Shown: positions 23,509-34,393, counted from the stretch's first letter. The stretch is DNA of 64,000 nt from Saccostrea echinata (GCF_033153115.1 NW_026889805.1:7812001-7876000), one strand, 5' to 3'. Numbers and translations are program-made. Notes: generated from the letters alone by a model not told the origin.

Positions 23509-26328
23509 TGTTGAGCGTGTGCAGTATTTGGTCAAAATATGTTCTAAAAAGGCTGAGATACTTCGAACTCTTGAAGAATTTGAATGCTCAATAGTTAGTC
23601 AACTTTTTCCTTCAAATAAAGTATTTAGATTAAAAAAAATAATTGAAATATTTAAATCCGCATTATTAATTTTTATTTAGGAATATTTTTTACATATATT
23701 TACATATACATTTATATTTTTTACATATATCCTATGCAAAGGAGCTCAGTCAATATTTTAATCGAATACACAATCATAAAATTATCGAGGTCATTTTTGA
23801 AATTTTACAATTCAGAAATTCACATGTATGGGATTTATCAAATGTATATATTCTGATAATTTTCATTTGTAAGCGAAAATAATCGTGTAAAATGCATTTT
23901 AATCCCGATTTGATGCTTGGGTGAATAATATTGTCATCCGCTTTCAAAACTTAATTCCGACTGACATTAGGAGAGAATAAATACAATGTAAAATAAATAT
24001 TTTTTTAATAATTATTTTTTTTCATTGTTATTTTTCTTCTCAACTTTGTATTAATATCTGTTACTGCTGTAAAGCTCCTGCATTTATTCTTTAATTATAT
24101 TTCCTGTAAGTTCAACCATATTCTGTTGCTTTTTTTTTTTTCTCTCTCTCTCTCTCATACATACATATTGTACAAATCCATTAGATTTCTTCTGTATAAT
24201 TAGAACGTCATTCATTTGTGTGAATCGACATGATTTCTAATTTAACATGTATGCCAATTTCAAATATTAGTTTTTAAGCAGCTTCAAACTGTGTTTTGTA
24301 ACTATCTGATAAGGATCTGTCATCTTAATCTTAATAATAAGGAAACGGATTAGTACAAGTTTTCAAATTTGTTTCCGAATCCTTTTTGATTTTTTCTACT
24401 ACTTGCCTGTATTTTCTGCTTGTCATTTTCAAATAAAATATGGTTTAAACTAAATTAAATATACGAAGGGTGTCCCAGAAAAACGCAAACTTTTAAAATA
24501 TTTCATAAAATACCTTACCAAAGTTATTTCCAATTTCTAACTACTGTATTATTTAAAAGTTCATTTCAGCTGGTTTATTCCTAAATTCTGTATACCAAAT
24601 TAATTGAAAAAAATAAATGAATTAATAATTAGTAATTAATAATTAGTTACTGGAAGCACAAAACATTATCTGGCTCATTATAACATTTAAAAACATTTTT
24701 AAGATGTTTTCAAAAAAGATTATGGTATTATTTCTAAGACACATTTCATGGAATTGATTTAAAACGTTTTAAATCAAAAATGATACTATAAATATGTCTT
24801 ATTTGCAAATTTTTAATTCATGTTTTGTTTTGAAAATGTTTATAAGACATTCTAGATTTAAAAAAAAAAATGATTCCGTCACTAGGTCAACTTGAATTTC
24901 AAATTCCACTTGGTCACATTAAATAGATATTATGATGAAATTTAAAAGGTTTAAAACATTTTTTTAAGGTATGTCACTCGGGACATTTTGAAAACATGTA
25001 AATTTTTTGTTTTTATGATTGGATATTACTATTATCAATATTATCTGAATTATTTCATTTACCAATAAACAAAAACAATGAGCAATAATATTTTTCCCCA
25101 CATTTTTACATCATTATTTTTAAAAAATAATTTCAAGAGAAACCATGAGACACGCAACCTATTCAGTTCTCATTACCGACACGCCTTCAATTAACACTTC
25201 CCTTTGTGTAGTATCAGTCGGGATATGTGTGTGTGAGAGATCCTAATTGTTGTTTTAACAATTTTATGACAAGTCACATGTTGTTTTAAACATATTGAAC
25301 GGTAGCTGGAGATCACTTGAATAAAAATTATCAATTATCATTTTAAATAAATTTCATCAACATGAGAAATCTTTTCTAAATTATGATTCAATCCCCCCCC
25401 CCCTCCCAAATATAGTATTAAAAGTTTTACTTGCCTTCATCTGTTGTGAATAAAACCTTGAAGTATATTTTTTATGATAATATTAAATATACATGTATAC
25501 AACATACAAATTAATTATATACATGTATAAATAAATTATAATGCAGATTTAGCTTGAAATAATTTTAAATTACGTGCTATGTGTGCTTAGAAAACATACT
25601 ATATCACCATAATACAATAATTTGTTGAAATCCCGAAAAATTTAACCCAAGTCCTGAACCGTTTTTACCCAAGTCCCAAACCGTCTTGTCGCTAGTCCCG
25701 AAACGTCGTATCAGTCAGGTCCCAAAACGTCGGGGTCCCGAAACATGTGCACCCCACCACCTTGTGTACGATGAGGCGTGGATAAGTGTGATTACTTCAC
25801 ATTGTGCTCATGTTAACCAAAACTTGTTTCTTTGTTATTTCACTCAAGAAGTAACTGTTAGGTTACAAATTAACTGTTGTATATAGCTCCAAAACTCTTA
25901 GAACTTTGATTGCAATTGCGCAGAAAAAGACACATCTCCAAGAGTGATTTTTTCATGGTTTGTTTTCAGATGAGTTCAAAGTTGAAAATTATCACTGCAT
26001 CAAGGTGCAATTTTATGCACTTTCTGGGGGAAAATGCTAATTTAAGAAATTAGTTTGATTTAGTAGCTAAATAAAGCTACTTCAGGTAGGTAAATTAAGC
26101 TATTATTTAATTCAAGCGACGTAGCTAAATTTAGTGATTGTACCAGACCTGTGGATAGAGCCATGAATATATAAATGCTATTTTTTGTCTTCTATAGGAA
26201 AAAAAACAAACGTCTGGTATATTTGCTTTTAGACATAATTGTAGTTAATCAAAGACATAAATATTGTAGTTCCTGCTTATAAATAATACCTTAACTTCTC
26301 TTTCTGGGGGATCTTCATTACTCGCCAT
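1..26328 (-). CDS. NUP214: Nuclear pore complex protein Nup214 (CAN); 24 coding exons in window, 3' end beyond the left edge (~2050 aa seen)
   Basis: Exons (minus strand, 5'->3'): 26328-26290, 19746-19620, 18616-18390, 17248-17065, 16859-16725, 16467-16367, 15449-15352, 15067-14998, 14847-14721, 13569-13402, 13305-12067, 11373-11294, 11131-10982, 10254-9989, 8097-7939, 6692-6520, 6223-6131, 5965-5784, 4423-4360, 4161-3991, 3208-2999, 2555-2430, 2276-419, 103-<1. All are GT-AG with matching phases (6150 nt, in frame). The N-terminus MASNEDPPEREVK-DFRFQQLCRIRIFD and the motifs VCWSPKGKQL, WTLDDAARAELP and LLSTDGVL match the Nup214 beta-propeller. A central coiled coil is followed by FG repeats and FSGLGGKPSED. 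Confidence 0.95.
419..2276 (-). CDS. NUP214: NUP214 large FG/GLFG-repeat exon
   Basis: Contains ORF 415..2121. Acceptor ttacag precedes 2276 and donor AG|gtaag follows 419. Many GLFGQ/FG repeats. Confidence 0.93.
3527..3740. mobile_element. MITE with TA target-site duplication (Tc1/mariner-like, CTGTA termini)
   Basis: TA|CTGTATAAGTGGAAATTTTAGTGAG ... CTCGCTAAATTTTCTACTTATACAA|TA; ~25-bp imperfect TIRs. Confidence 0.7.
6723..7889 (+). mobile_element. Helentron-associated non-autonomous element (HINE/pearl-like) with internal ~370-420-bp duplication and GACA microsatellite
   Basis: Starts AAACTAGA...GGGCCCC. Blocks ~6840-7200 and ~7210-7590 are duplicated. (GACA/GACG)n at 7797-7845. 3' hairpin GGGCACCCGCAA...TTGCGGGGCCCTAAT. 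Confidence 0.7.
8129..9020 (+). mobile_element. Degenerate HINE-like element
   Basis: AACAAGAGG...GGGCC 5' end. The 3' block 'gccaaaattggttgaaattggtctagcggttccagagtagaagctgaaac' resembles the 3' blocks of the 20655 and 22097 elements. Confidence 0.45.
9347..9999. repeat. 39-bp minisatellite derived from the NUP214 exon end and splice donor at 9989
   Basis: Unit TTATTATGCTATTCTATCAGCTTTACACACCCTTGTTTC. Interrupted at ~9470-9550 and by an 18-bp sub-repeat. Confidence 0.9.
11508..12092. repeat. 43-bp minisatellite (~13-14 copies) derived from the NUP214 exon end and splice donor at 12067
   Basis: Unit GTACATCAACTAACCTACTACAGATATATTCTGAGTCACTATT. The rightmost copy is the real exon/intron junction. 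Confidence 0.92.
12067..13305 (-). CDS. NUP214: NUP214 S/T/P/A-rich FxF/FG exon
   Basis: Lies within ORF 12005..13312. Acceptor ttgacag, donor ACAG|gtcagt, phases 1/1. Confidence 0.9.
13760..14626. mobile_element. Non-autonomous DNA transposon with TA TSD (CTGTA...TACAG termini)
   Basis: TA|CTGTATAGG ... CTTTACAG|TA, with CGCG/CCGTG-type subterminal motifs at both ends. Confidence 0.55.
15587..16325. mobile_element. TTAA-flanked non-autonomous element (Kolobok-like)
   Basis: TTAA|GGGAGCTGAAAGGGTTTTCTTT ... AAAGAAACCGCAGTCAGCCCCC|TTAA; degenerate TIRs. Confidence 0.45.
18863..19591. mobile_element. Kolobok-like non-autonomous element (TTAA TSD) carrying a nested MITE
   Basis: TTAA|AGGGACCTAGACACAG ... 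CTGTGTCCAGGCCCCT|TTAA. Homologous copy at 55853-56403. Confidence 0.85.
19182..19356. mobile_element. Tc1/mariner(pogo)-type MITE nested in the Kolobok-like element
   Basis: TA|CAGTTGAACTTCGGTATCTCGAA ... TTCGAGATAACGAGGTTTGACTG|TA. The empty site is visible in the 55853 copy, and a related partial copy lies at ~48350-48515. Confidence 0.85.
20215..20654 (-). mobile_element. Truncated HINE-like element in reverse orientation with tandem internal repeats
   Basis: Hairpin and (GTCT/GTCC) microsatellite at its left end. Repeated TTGGTCATAACTTTTGAA blocks; interrupted by the 20655 element. Confidence 0.55.
20655..21792 (+). mobile_element. Helentron-associated element (HINE) with ~166-bp satellite array
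   Basis: 5' AAGAGGCCCAAGGGCC...GCTCACCTG. Tandem units TTGAACAAACTTGAATCTACACTACCTGAGGATGCTTCC.... 3' hairpin GCTCACTTGAGCCTTTGGCTCAGGTGAGCTAAAA. Confidence 0.85.
21886..25754. mobile_element. ~3.9-kb non-autonomous DNA transposon with subterminal tandem repeats and 8-bp TSD CACCACCT
   Basis: Left arm repeats GTTTCGGGAC (21895-21990); right arm repeats the inverse GTCCCGAAAC (25630-25745). CACCACCT at 21878-21885 and 25755-25762. Confidence 0.7.
22097..23508 (+). mobile_element. HINE with ~166-bp satellite array, nested in the 21886-25754 element
   Basis: AACAAGAGACCCATGGGCCACATCGCTCACCTGAG 5' end, ~6-7 satellite units, 3' hairpin GCTCACTTGAGCCTTCGGCTCAGGTGAGC. Confidence 0.88.
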
Positions 26329-26924
26329 TGCGCGCAGAAAAGTAAGAAAACTGAGAATTCTCAACTTTCACTTTGAATATTTCTAAGTCAAAGAAACGTT
26401 TTAAGATTTCATGCTATTTCTCTTTGAGGAAGGCGTTGAAGTGATTGCAATATTTGTTTTTCGGGATCTTTCTAAATTTATTTTCCGGAGTAATGAAAAA
26501 CTTAAAGGAAACCCGAATGGTGTTGTCAGGTACATTAGTCATGCGCACACTCAACTTCCTACCCGAAAGAAACTCTGGATTATTATATTACAGAAGTGAA
26601 CAGAGTTTTGCAATCCCCTATCTTATCCCGTAAGTTTCATTTCTGCTTTTTGATATAAATTATATAATTTCCGATTTAAAAAAAAGAACAAAGGTATTGT
26701 TAATCTTTTATACAAAGGCCTACTTATCTTTCTTTTATAAATCTATAAAATTCAAGGTAAGTGTTTTTAAAAGGAGGTTGATGTACAGTACACAAGGACA
26801 TGTTCATAAAATAATAAAAAAGAAGTACATGTATATCCACGGTAGATAGGGCTGCATGTGGCTCTCAATATGTTGAAAGTACCAAATACCAAATGCATTG
26901 GTAGTGTAAGGAAAGGAGAAAAAT

Positions 26925-27012
26925 GTGACAGACGGTGAGACCAGTCCATGATTGTAACCTGGGCCCCCTGAATCACTAGTCATATACTCTACCAATTGAG
27001 CTATCTGGCACT
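26925..27012 (-). mobile_element. tRNA-derived SINE head (degenerate)
   Basis: Reverse complement contains GATAGCTCAATTGGTAGAG (A-box-like). Similar copies at ~28420-28510 and ~40310-40570. Confidence 0.55.
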
Positions 27013-27525
27013 GGGGTCTTTATTTTTGGGTTACACTGGTTACAACTCTATTCCTTTGGTGACAATCGGTTACAATGGTTACAGATCATCTAAAACCTAA
27101 AGGGATCTTTATTTTTAGGTTACACTGGTTACAACTATATTCCTTTGGTGACAATCGGTTACAATGGTTACAGATCATCTGAAACTGAAAGAGGTCTTTA
27201 TTTTTAGGTTACACTGGTTACAACTATATTCTTTTGGTGACAAATCATATAAAATCCAAGTGGGAACTTGTAGATACAGATGTAACCACTGTAACCATTG
27301 TAACCAGTGTAACCAATTAATAACTGAATAAATGAAAAATGCTGACCTGTTCACCAGAAGCTGTGTTACTGGTTACAAATGAAGATAAGAACTAATCACT
27401 TTGTAACCACTGTAACCAGTGTAACCCTGTAACCTTTGTAACCAGTGTAACCAATGAAAAACTGAATAAGTGCTCCCCAGTGAAAAGGCTATGTAACCTG
27501 TGTTACTGGTTACAATTGAACATAG
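27013..27525. repeat. Foldback element built from GGTTACA/TGTAACC arrays with ~90-bp tandem units
   Basis: Left part repeats GGTTACACTGGTTACAA; right part repeats TGTAACCAGTGTAACC. Confidence 0.7.
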
Positions 27526-29266
27526 GTGAAAGTCAGCACTAAATTCTTGCCATATATGTAAAGGTCTTTGCCCCCAAAGACACTAACCCAGGCTCTTCCA
27601 TGGCAGGTCTTCCATGGCAGGTCATTCACCTGTCACTTCCAGGACACAGTGTTCGATGGTCTGAATCTATCTCAAGTTAAATCGGGCTACACCGATCTGA
27701 ATTGGTATAGACCGAATTGTCTATCCCAATTTCGGCCATGTGTAAATTGAGATTGAATAAAAAATTTCAACATGTAATTTAAAAAACAAAATGATTCTGA
27801 GAAATAGTTTTATATTTTTATATTTTGTGTTAAAAGAATTATTGTTAAATCTCATCATTCAGAACATTGTGTATCTTTCGAAAAATGAACAGTGTACTAT
27901 TTTTATCCAATGCTCGCTTCCTGTTGTGCATCTGTCATGCAGGAAATCCTGACCGCTGGTTGCTGGAAGCATGACATTAAACACAAAGTGAATAAAAAAA
28001 AATAAATTTAAAAAAGTCCAAAAATGGGAAAGCTACAAAGATGATTTTAGAGTTCGTGTCTTTCACAAACATAAACTGGTCTGCTGAATGAAGTTCATAT
28101 ACAACGAATCTTAATGTATACACGGTGCAGATTTTTGTGATAAGCATTAAGCACGGACACTGATTGATTTTATACTTTATTTTCACAAGTTAATTATGAA
28201 AATGTAACAGATACATGTACTTCAATATTATGAATACGAAAAAATATGTATGAATAAAAACAAGTGCACATTTTTCATCTTTACTTTTTCTTGTTTTTGT
28301 GGGCAGTCCTATTTGTCTAAGGTCTATCCCACTTTAAAATGAGATAGTCCAATGGGCTATTTCATTCTCCTGTTTAGTTTCGCACACTGAGGACATGGTA
28401 CAACATGAAATGTAACAGGCAAGGAGATAAATGCGATGGACCACATCAAGATTTGAATTTGGGACCCCTGAATCACAATTAAAGTGCTAAACCAAATGAG
28501 CTATCTTGCCAGGGCTTTCAAAAAGATTAGAAACAGGCAGTTATTTTACAAAAATTGGAGGTACCTTGTGGAAGCAATTTTTATTAAAAGTGTTATTGAA
28601 TTTTTCTCCATCAACATGATCAAACAACTTCACAGAACATGAATTAATTGTTAAGAATGTTGGATCCTGATCCAATTGATTAAACCGCTAAAATAGTGAA
28701 AACGAGACAACTGTTAATATATACTTAGACTTGGATATTACTGCTAGAAAAAGAATGAAAAAATCAATGAATGAATGAATATTAATTAAGAAGCATTTTG
28801 ATGAATATTTACAGAAATTAATGCTATGATACATTATAATGAAAATCAGAAATAAAAAAAAATATAATGGATGATCGATAAGAGGTGCACTTTTTACATT
28901 TTTTTAAGAAAACAAGCTGAAATTTATACCTCTGAGATTTTTTTAAAAATGGAATTTTATTTGGATATTTTGTTGTATCACACCATCATGTTTTCAATGT
29001 TTTTCAAAACCCTTGTTTTCTTTAATAAAAACATGTCTCAAAATCCTAAATTCAATTTTTTTTAACCAAATTTGTGAAATTTTCTTCAACAGAGAGTTCC
29101 AATCATTTCTCTTTCTTGACTTTTGTTTTACATTTAGAAGTTGTCTTGAGAATAAAAAAGTTGCATGCAACAAAAAGAACTAAACTATTTATCAGTAACT
29201 TTTATTTGATAGCATATTCAACATGTTCAAACTTTACACAATAGTTATAAATTATTTCAGTACAAC

Positions 29267-32200
29267 ATGGCTCAGGCTGTGCCAATGGAACCAGCTCTTG
29301 CTCTAGACCCAAATGCAGTTCAACAACAGCAGGAGCAGGGAAGCATGTATGGATGTTTGGCCAATTTTGAAATTGACAAAAGAATTGGAAAAGGACAGTT
29401 TTCTGAGGTTTTTCGTGCAAGATGTAAGATAGACAACAGTGTTGTTGCCTTGAAGAAAGTCCAGGTAAAAAAAACATTATTTTGTAGTTTACTGTTAGTT
29501 CAGGATGGGATAGGAGTAGAGGGTCAAAGTTTATACTTGAAAATATTGGTGAGAAATATATAAAAATCTACTCGAGAACAGCAAGACAACAAGAAGTTAA
29601 CTCAATACATTACAGCACTCAGATGTAGTGTTCATTCAGAATTGTGCAAATTTAAACCCCTCCTTCCTTTTCCCTCCTTATACTAGTATATTAAGACTTT
29701 TTTCAATCTCACAAAAATAAGAAACTCCTGATCGTAAACTCATTATTATTCAAAGTGTACAAGATTAAAAGTGTAAAATTATGTTTTAAGATTTGTGCCA
29801 CCTTAAGGGGTTTCACAGGTTTTAATGAGGAATTCTTGAATGCGGAATATGACTTACGGGCATCTTGTTGAATTCTATTCTTAGATATTTGAAATGATGG
29901 ATGCAAAAGCCAGACAGGACTGCATTAAGGAAATAGGACTACTTCAAGTATGTATTGCTTGGAATGTACCCATAAATTTTGTTAAAAATAGGTATAATAA
30001 TGAAATGTTTTTGAAAATACATTTTATCAGGCTATTTTAAAGAACTAAGTGTACAGGTTTACCTAGTATCATATATAAACATCTACTTAATTTCAAGAAA
30101 CATACTTCTTGAAATTTAGTATACATGGAAATATGGTAGGGCCATCTTTAAAAAAATGTCTGTCAGCTCTCTCCTAAGGGACTGGCTCAAAATGGCCCGA
30201 CTCAGAAACTTTTTTAAACCTCCAGGAAAGGATTTTTTTAAAATTCATTCCAAAGTTTTCTCATCCCCATCAACATCGATTTTATTTTATTGATGCCTTC
30301 ATTTTCAATAATTTATGAAAGTTCAACATTGATGTTGAAAATTTATGGAAAAAAAAATTCCTTACCTACCTACAGACCCAACTTGTTTTTCCCAAGTCTG
30401 GAAAGGGCAAACAAACATAGCCTAATATACCTTTTTTCAGAATTAAAACAAATCTATATTTTTTTAACTACAGCAATTAAATCACTTGAATGTGATTAAG
30501 TATTTGTCATCCTTTATTGAGAACAACGAACTGAATATTGTACTGGAGTTAGCTGATGCGGGAGATCTCTCTAGAATGATCAAGGTTTGTTTTTTTTTTT
30601 CATTATATGACATGGTATACACATGTTTTTCATAATATATGCATTCCAAATTTAAATTTAAAGTTCATTCCATGTTATAGTTCTAGATGTTAAACATCCC
30701 TCCTACACTCTCTGTTAAGAGTAGCAGTAAAAATTGAGTAAATTGTATTTTATACTTTATTTATTTGAAGTTGTAAGACTGTTTTCTGAAATAAGTTTGG
30801 ATTAAATTTTAGATTTGATGTAAATTTTGTGCAAGGCTGTGTGTAGCTCATCAAGTTTGCAGTTAATTGAATTCTAACCAGTTTCACTGCATTATGGCCC
30901 TTATTGACTTAAAATCTTTAAAAAAAAATCTGAATTCATTTTTGGTAACACTTTGTTATGTGTGGTTCCTATTTTGGTAACATTTTGTTATATGTGGTTA
31001 AAATTTAGCCACAGTTGTGTGCAAGAGCTGTAGAACAAGTTTTTTTAAGCCTTGACAGGAATTGTCCTTCCAAATGAGACACACAGAGTATTTGTTCAAA
31101 TTAGGTGCAAATGTTTAGATTTGTTTATAGAGATACATGTACATGTACAAAACCATTTCCATAATAATGAATCATATTATTTTTGCCACAGCATTTCAAG
31201 AAACATAAGAGACTAATCCCTGAAAAGACAATATGGAAGTACTTCATCCAGATATGTAGTGCTCTAGAACATATGCATAGTTGCAGAATTATGCACAGAG
31301 GTTTGTTCCTATGCCATATTGATTTTTTTTTTATTCCAGTTATAAATGTAAATTTAACATGTTAATACATGTACCTATAAGTTTTGAGCCGTATCATGCT
31401 CTTATTCTGGAAGTTTATATTACTGTCCCTGTGTTACAGACATCAAACCAGCTAATGTGTTTATAACAGCAGAGGGAATTGTCAAACTGGGTGATCTAGG
31501 CCTCGGTCGATTCTTCAGCTCCAAAACCACAGCTGCCCACTCTCTAGGTAAAAACAAGCTGACAGATTATGTACAGAACATGTATTTTGAGCTAGTTATA
31601 ATAAAACTCATTTAGTATGAACAGGTGTACATGTATAACGAATTTATGGGTACAGCAAATTTTTTTGAGATTCCCAGTGAAATTCGTAATAATTCCTTGA
31701 AAAATTTTAGAGTTAAAACGAACTCTGATATAACGAATTCATGAATATAGCAAACTGATTTTGTGTCCTGTAGAGGTTAAAAACAATGAAATTTACATTT
31801 TTATAACAAATTTTTAAGATCTCAAAATTTAGAATATTGAACTGACATTATTTTATGTAAGTATATATATTTGAAATTCAGTTCATTATATTTACATTCA
31901 GTGTAATTTTCTTTATGAAATCCATTGGAAATCTACAACATTCAACCCTCTATAACTGTAACACCATGCACAAAACCTTCCCCATTTTGCAAAAGAACTT
32001 TAATATGAATAAGAACTGTAAGAAATTTAGAACTATTTTGTATTTTTAGTCTTAGTTGTAAGTTCTTTTGTAAAAAAAATTCCACAATGTTTTTTTAATA
32101 GCCACTCAGAAAAAAATTAAAATAGATATATGCTTCTTACTCTGTACAGTGCAAATTATGGAGTCAATTTATTTGACACACTCCACCAACAAAGAGGCCT

Positions 32201-33947
32201 CATCATTGTAAATCTGCAATGTCTGGGGCTGTAGATGTGAAGTTTTGTTTTTTGTTGTTGTTTTTTTTTTAAATAGTTCAAATCAAAATCCATTTTAAAA
32301 TACTTATATTTTGTGTTTCTGTGCTCTTTTCATTTGACTCTGTCCCCACATTCAATCAGCTTTGAAAAGGTCGGCCAATGAGCCAGGTGTTGCTTAACTC
32401 CAGTGGTTATTTTCAATTCAATTAAGAGTGAAAAGAAATACCTTCATACAATTTCCAATATTTGTTAACAGTGGGAACACCTTATTATATGTCTCCTGAG
32501 AGGATCCATGAAACAGGGTACAACTTTAAATCAGACATGTGGTCACTGGGCTGTCTATTGTATGAGGTGGGTACAACTTTAAATCAAGCATGTGGTCACT
32601 GGGCTGTCTNNNNNNNNNNNNNNNNNNNNNNNNNNNNNNNNNNNNNNNNNNNNNNNNNNNNNNNNNNNNNNNNNNNNNNNNNNNNNNNNNNNNNNNNNNN
32701 NNNNNNNNNNNNNNNNNNNNNNNNNNNNNNNNNNNNNNNNNNNNNNNNNNNNNNNNCAGACATGTTGGTACTGGGCTGTCTATTGTATGAGGTGGGTATA
32801 TATATACCGGGTATATATAAATCAGACATGTGGGTACTGGGCTGTCTATTGTATGAGGTGGGTACGTACATATATAAATCAGACGTGGTCACTGGCCTGT
32901 CTATTGTATGAGGTGGGTACATACATATATAAATCAGACGTGGTCACTGGCCTGTCTATTGTATGAGGTGGGCACAACTTTAAATCAGACGTGTGTCTGA
33001 GGTGAGTACGTACATATTTTTTCTGTATATTAATCAACTATTTTTCAATCTGTATGGGTCAGTTATATACAACTTCATTGATATCTATTTGCAATAGTGA
33101 ATTTTCATATTTATACAGATGGCTGCTCTTCAATCACCTTTCTATGGAGACAAGATGAATCTATATTCTTTGTGCAAGAAAATTGATCAATGTGATTATC
33201 CCCCTTTACCAGCTGACTGTTACTCAGAAGAGGCAAGTGTTTGATTGAAATGTATACAAGAAACTGTTTTGGATAATAGCTAAAGATTTTGAACATAGCC
33301 ATTTATAAATATTATTTTGCCTTTTTTATAGTTAAGGAACTTGGTAGCCTTGTGTATCAACCCAAACCCAGAGCAACGGCCAGATATAACTTATGTGTAC
33401 AACGTAGCACAGATAATGCATGCCCGACATCAGTCACAACCTAGTATTCAACAACAGGTATATATAACTTATGTGTACAACGTAGCACAGATAATGCATG
33501 CCCGACATCAGTCACAACTTAGTATTCAACAACAGGTATACATTGTTTAAATATATTTTATTCCTTAAACATGAATTGGATCAAACAGCAGGCATTAATG
33601 CCTATAATCGTTCTCGCCACAGGTATACACTAGTCTAAGGATTAATGTAGAAATAATGTTAAAAGTTTGCTAGAAATAATATTTATGTCTTCTTTCATGT
33701 TCTGATATCTGTTATTAAGGTTCAAATGCAGCAGCAACAGCATGCATTTGAGGTACAACAACAACAAATGCTAGCTCAACAACTGCAGGATCCTCACTTG
33801 CAACAACAGATGTTCCTACAACAACAACAGCAGCAACAGCAACAACAAATAATGCAACAGAGCATGCCAGGACAACCAGTCCCCCAACAACAGATGGTGA
33901 ATCCTCAGATGACCCCCCACATCAATACTCAATTTACTGACCAGTAG
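29267..33947 (+). CDS. NEK7: NIMA-related Ser/Thr kinase NEK6/NEK7 orthologue (~383 aa) with a Q-rich C-terminal tail
   Basis: Exons 29267-29464, 29885-29947, 30474-30584, 31192-31300, 31440-31547, 32472-32566, 33119-33232 (GC donor), 33332-33457, 33720-33947. Motifs [78 protein letters not shown] are diagnostic of NEK6/7. Likely co-orthologue of both vertebrate genes. Confidence 0.95.
32516..33006 (+). repeat. ~53-bp tandem array derived from the NEK exon end and donor at 32566; contains an N gap
   Basis: Unit GGGTACAACTTTAAATCAGACATGTGGTCACTGGGCTGTCTATTGTATGAG|GT. Confidence 0.9.
32610..32756. other. Assembly gap (147 N)
   Basis: Run of N inside the tandem array. Confidence 1.
33384..33540 (+). 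repeat. 78-bp in-frame tandem duplication of the NEK exon end including its donor
   Basis: ATATAACTTATGTG...CAACAACAG|GTATA occurs twice; donors follow 33457 and 33535. Confidence 0.93.
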
Positions 33948-34393
33948 GTCAATGGATTATTGGCAGGTGAAGACAACACAAGCTTTAACAAGCTGAACTT
34001 TAATTAAGTGACTCCAGCATTTGAGATGGAGATTTAACCATGACCCGTCAGTTTTGTTCTTCTCTTTCCACTCACTGACCATTTATACAACATATTGTTG
34101 TTATTTTAGACACATAGTTGTAAGATATGCTTTAAATGTCCAGAAAGAAAATGATTACAGGACAAAGTCATTTTAAAATATTATTTACTGTAATTTACTG
34201 CAGGAACAAATGTTAGATTTGATAAACTAATGTTACACATGATCTGATAAGGGTTTGTCAGCTTCAAATGAAACAGACTGTGAATTTAATTAATATAAAT
34301 TATAAATTCTGTGAAGAATTAAGTTAAGCATACAATTCATTCATTCTTTACAGCATGATGATCTGTGACCAAACACTGTACATATTTGGTGTA

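Noticed and set aside
26960-27010. tRNA gene (also ~28450-28510 and ~40320-40560)
   Set aside because: Only degenerate A/B-box similarity with no complete cloverleaf; consistent with SINE heads.
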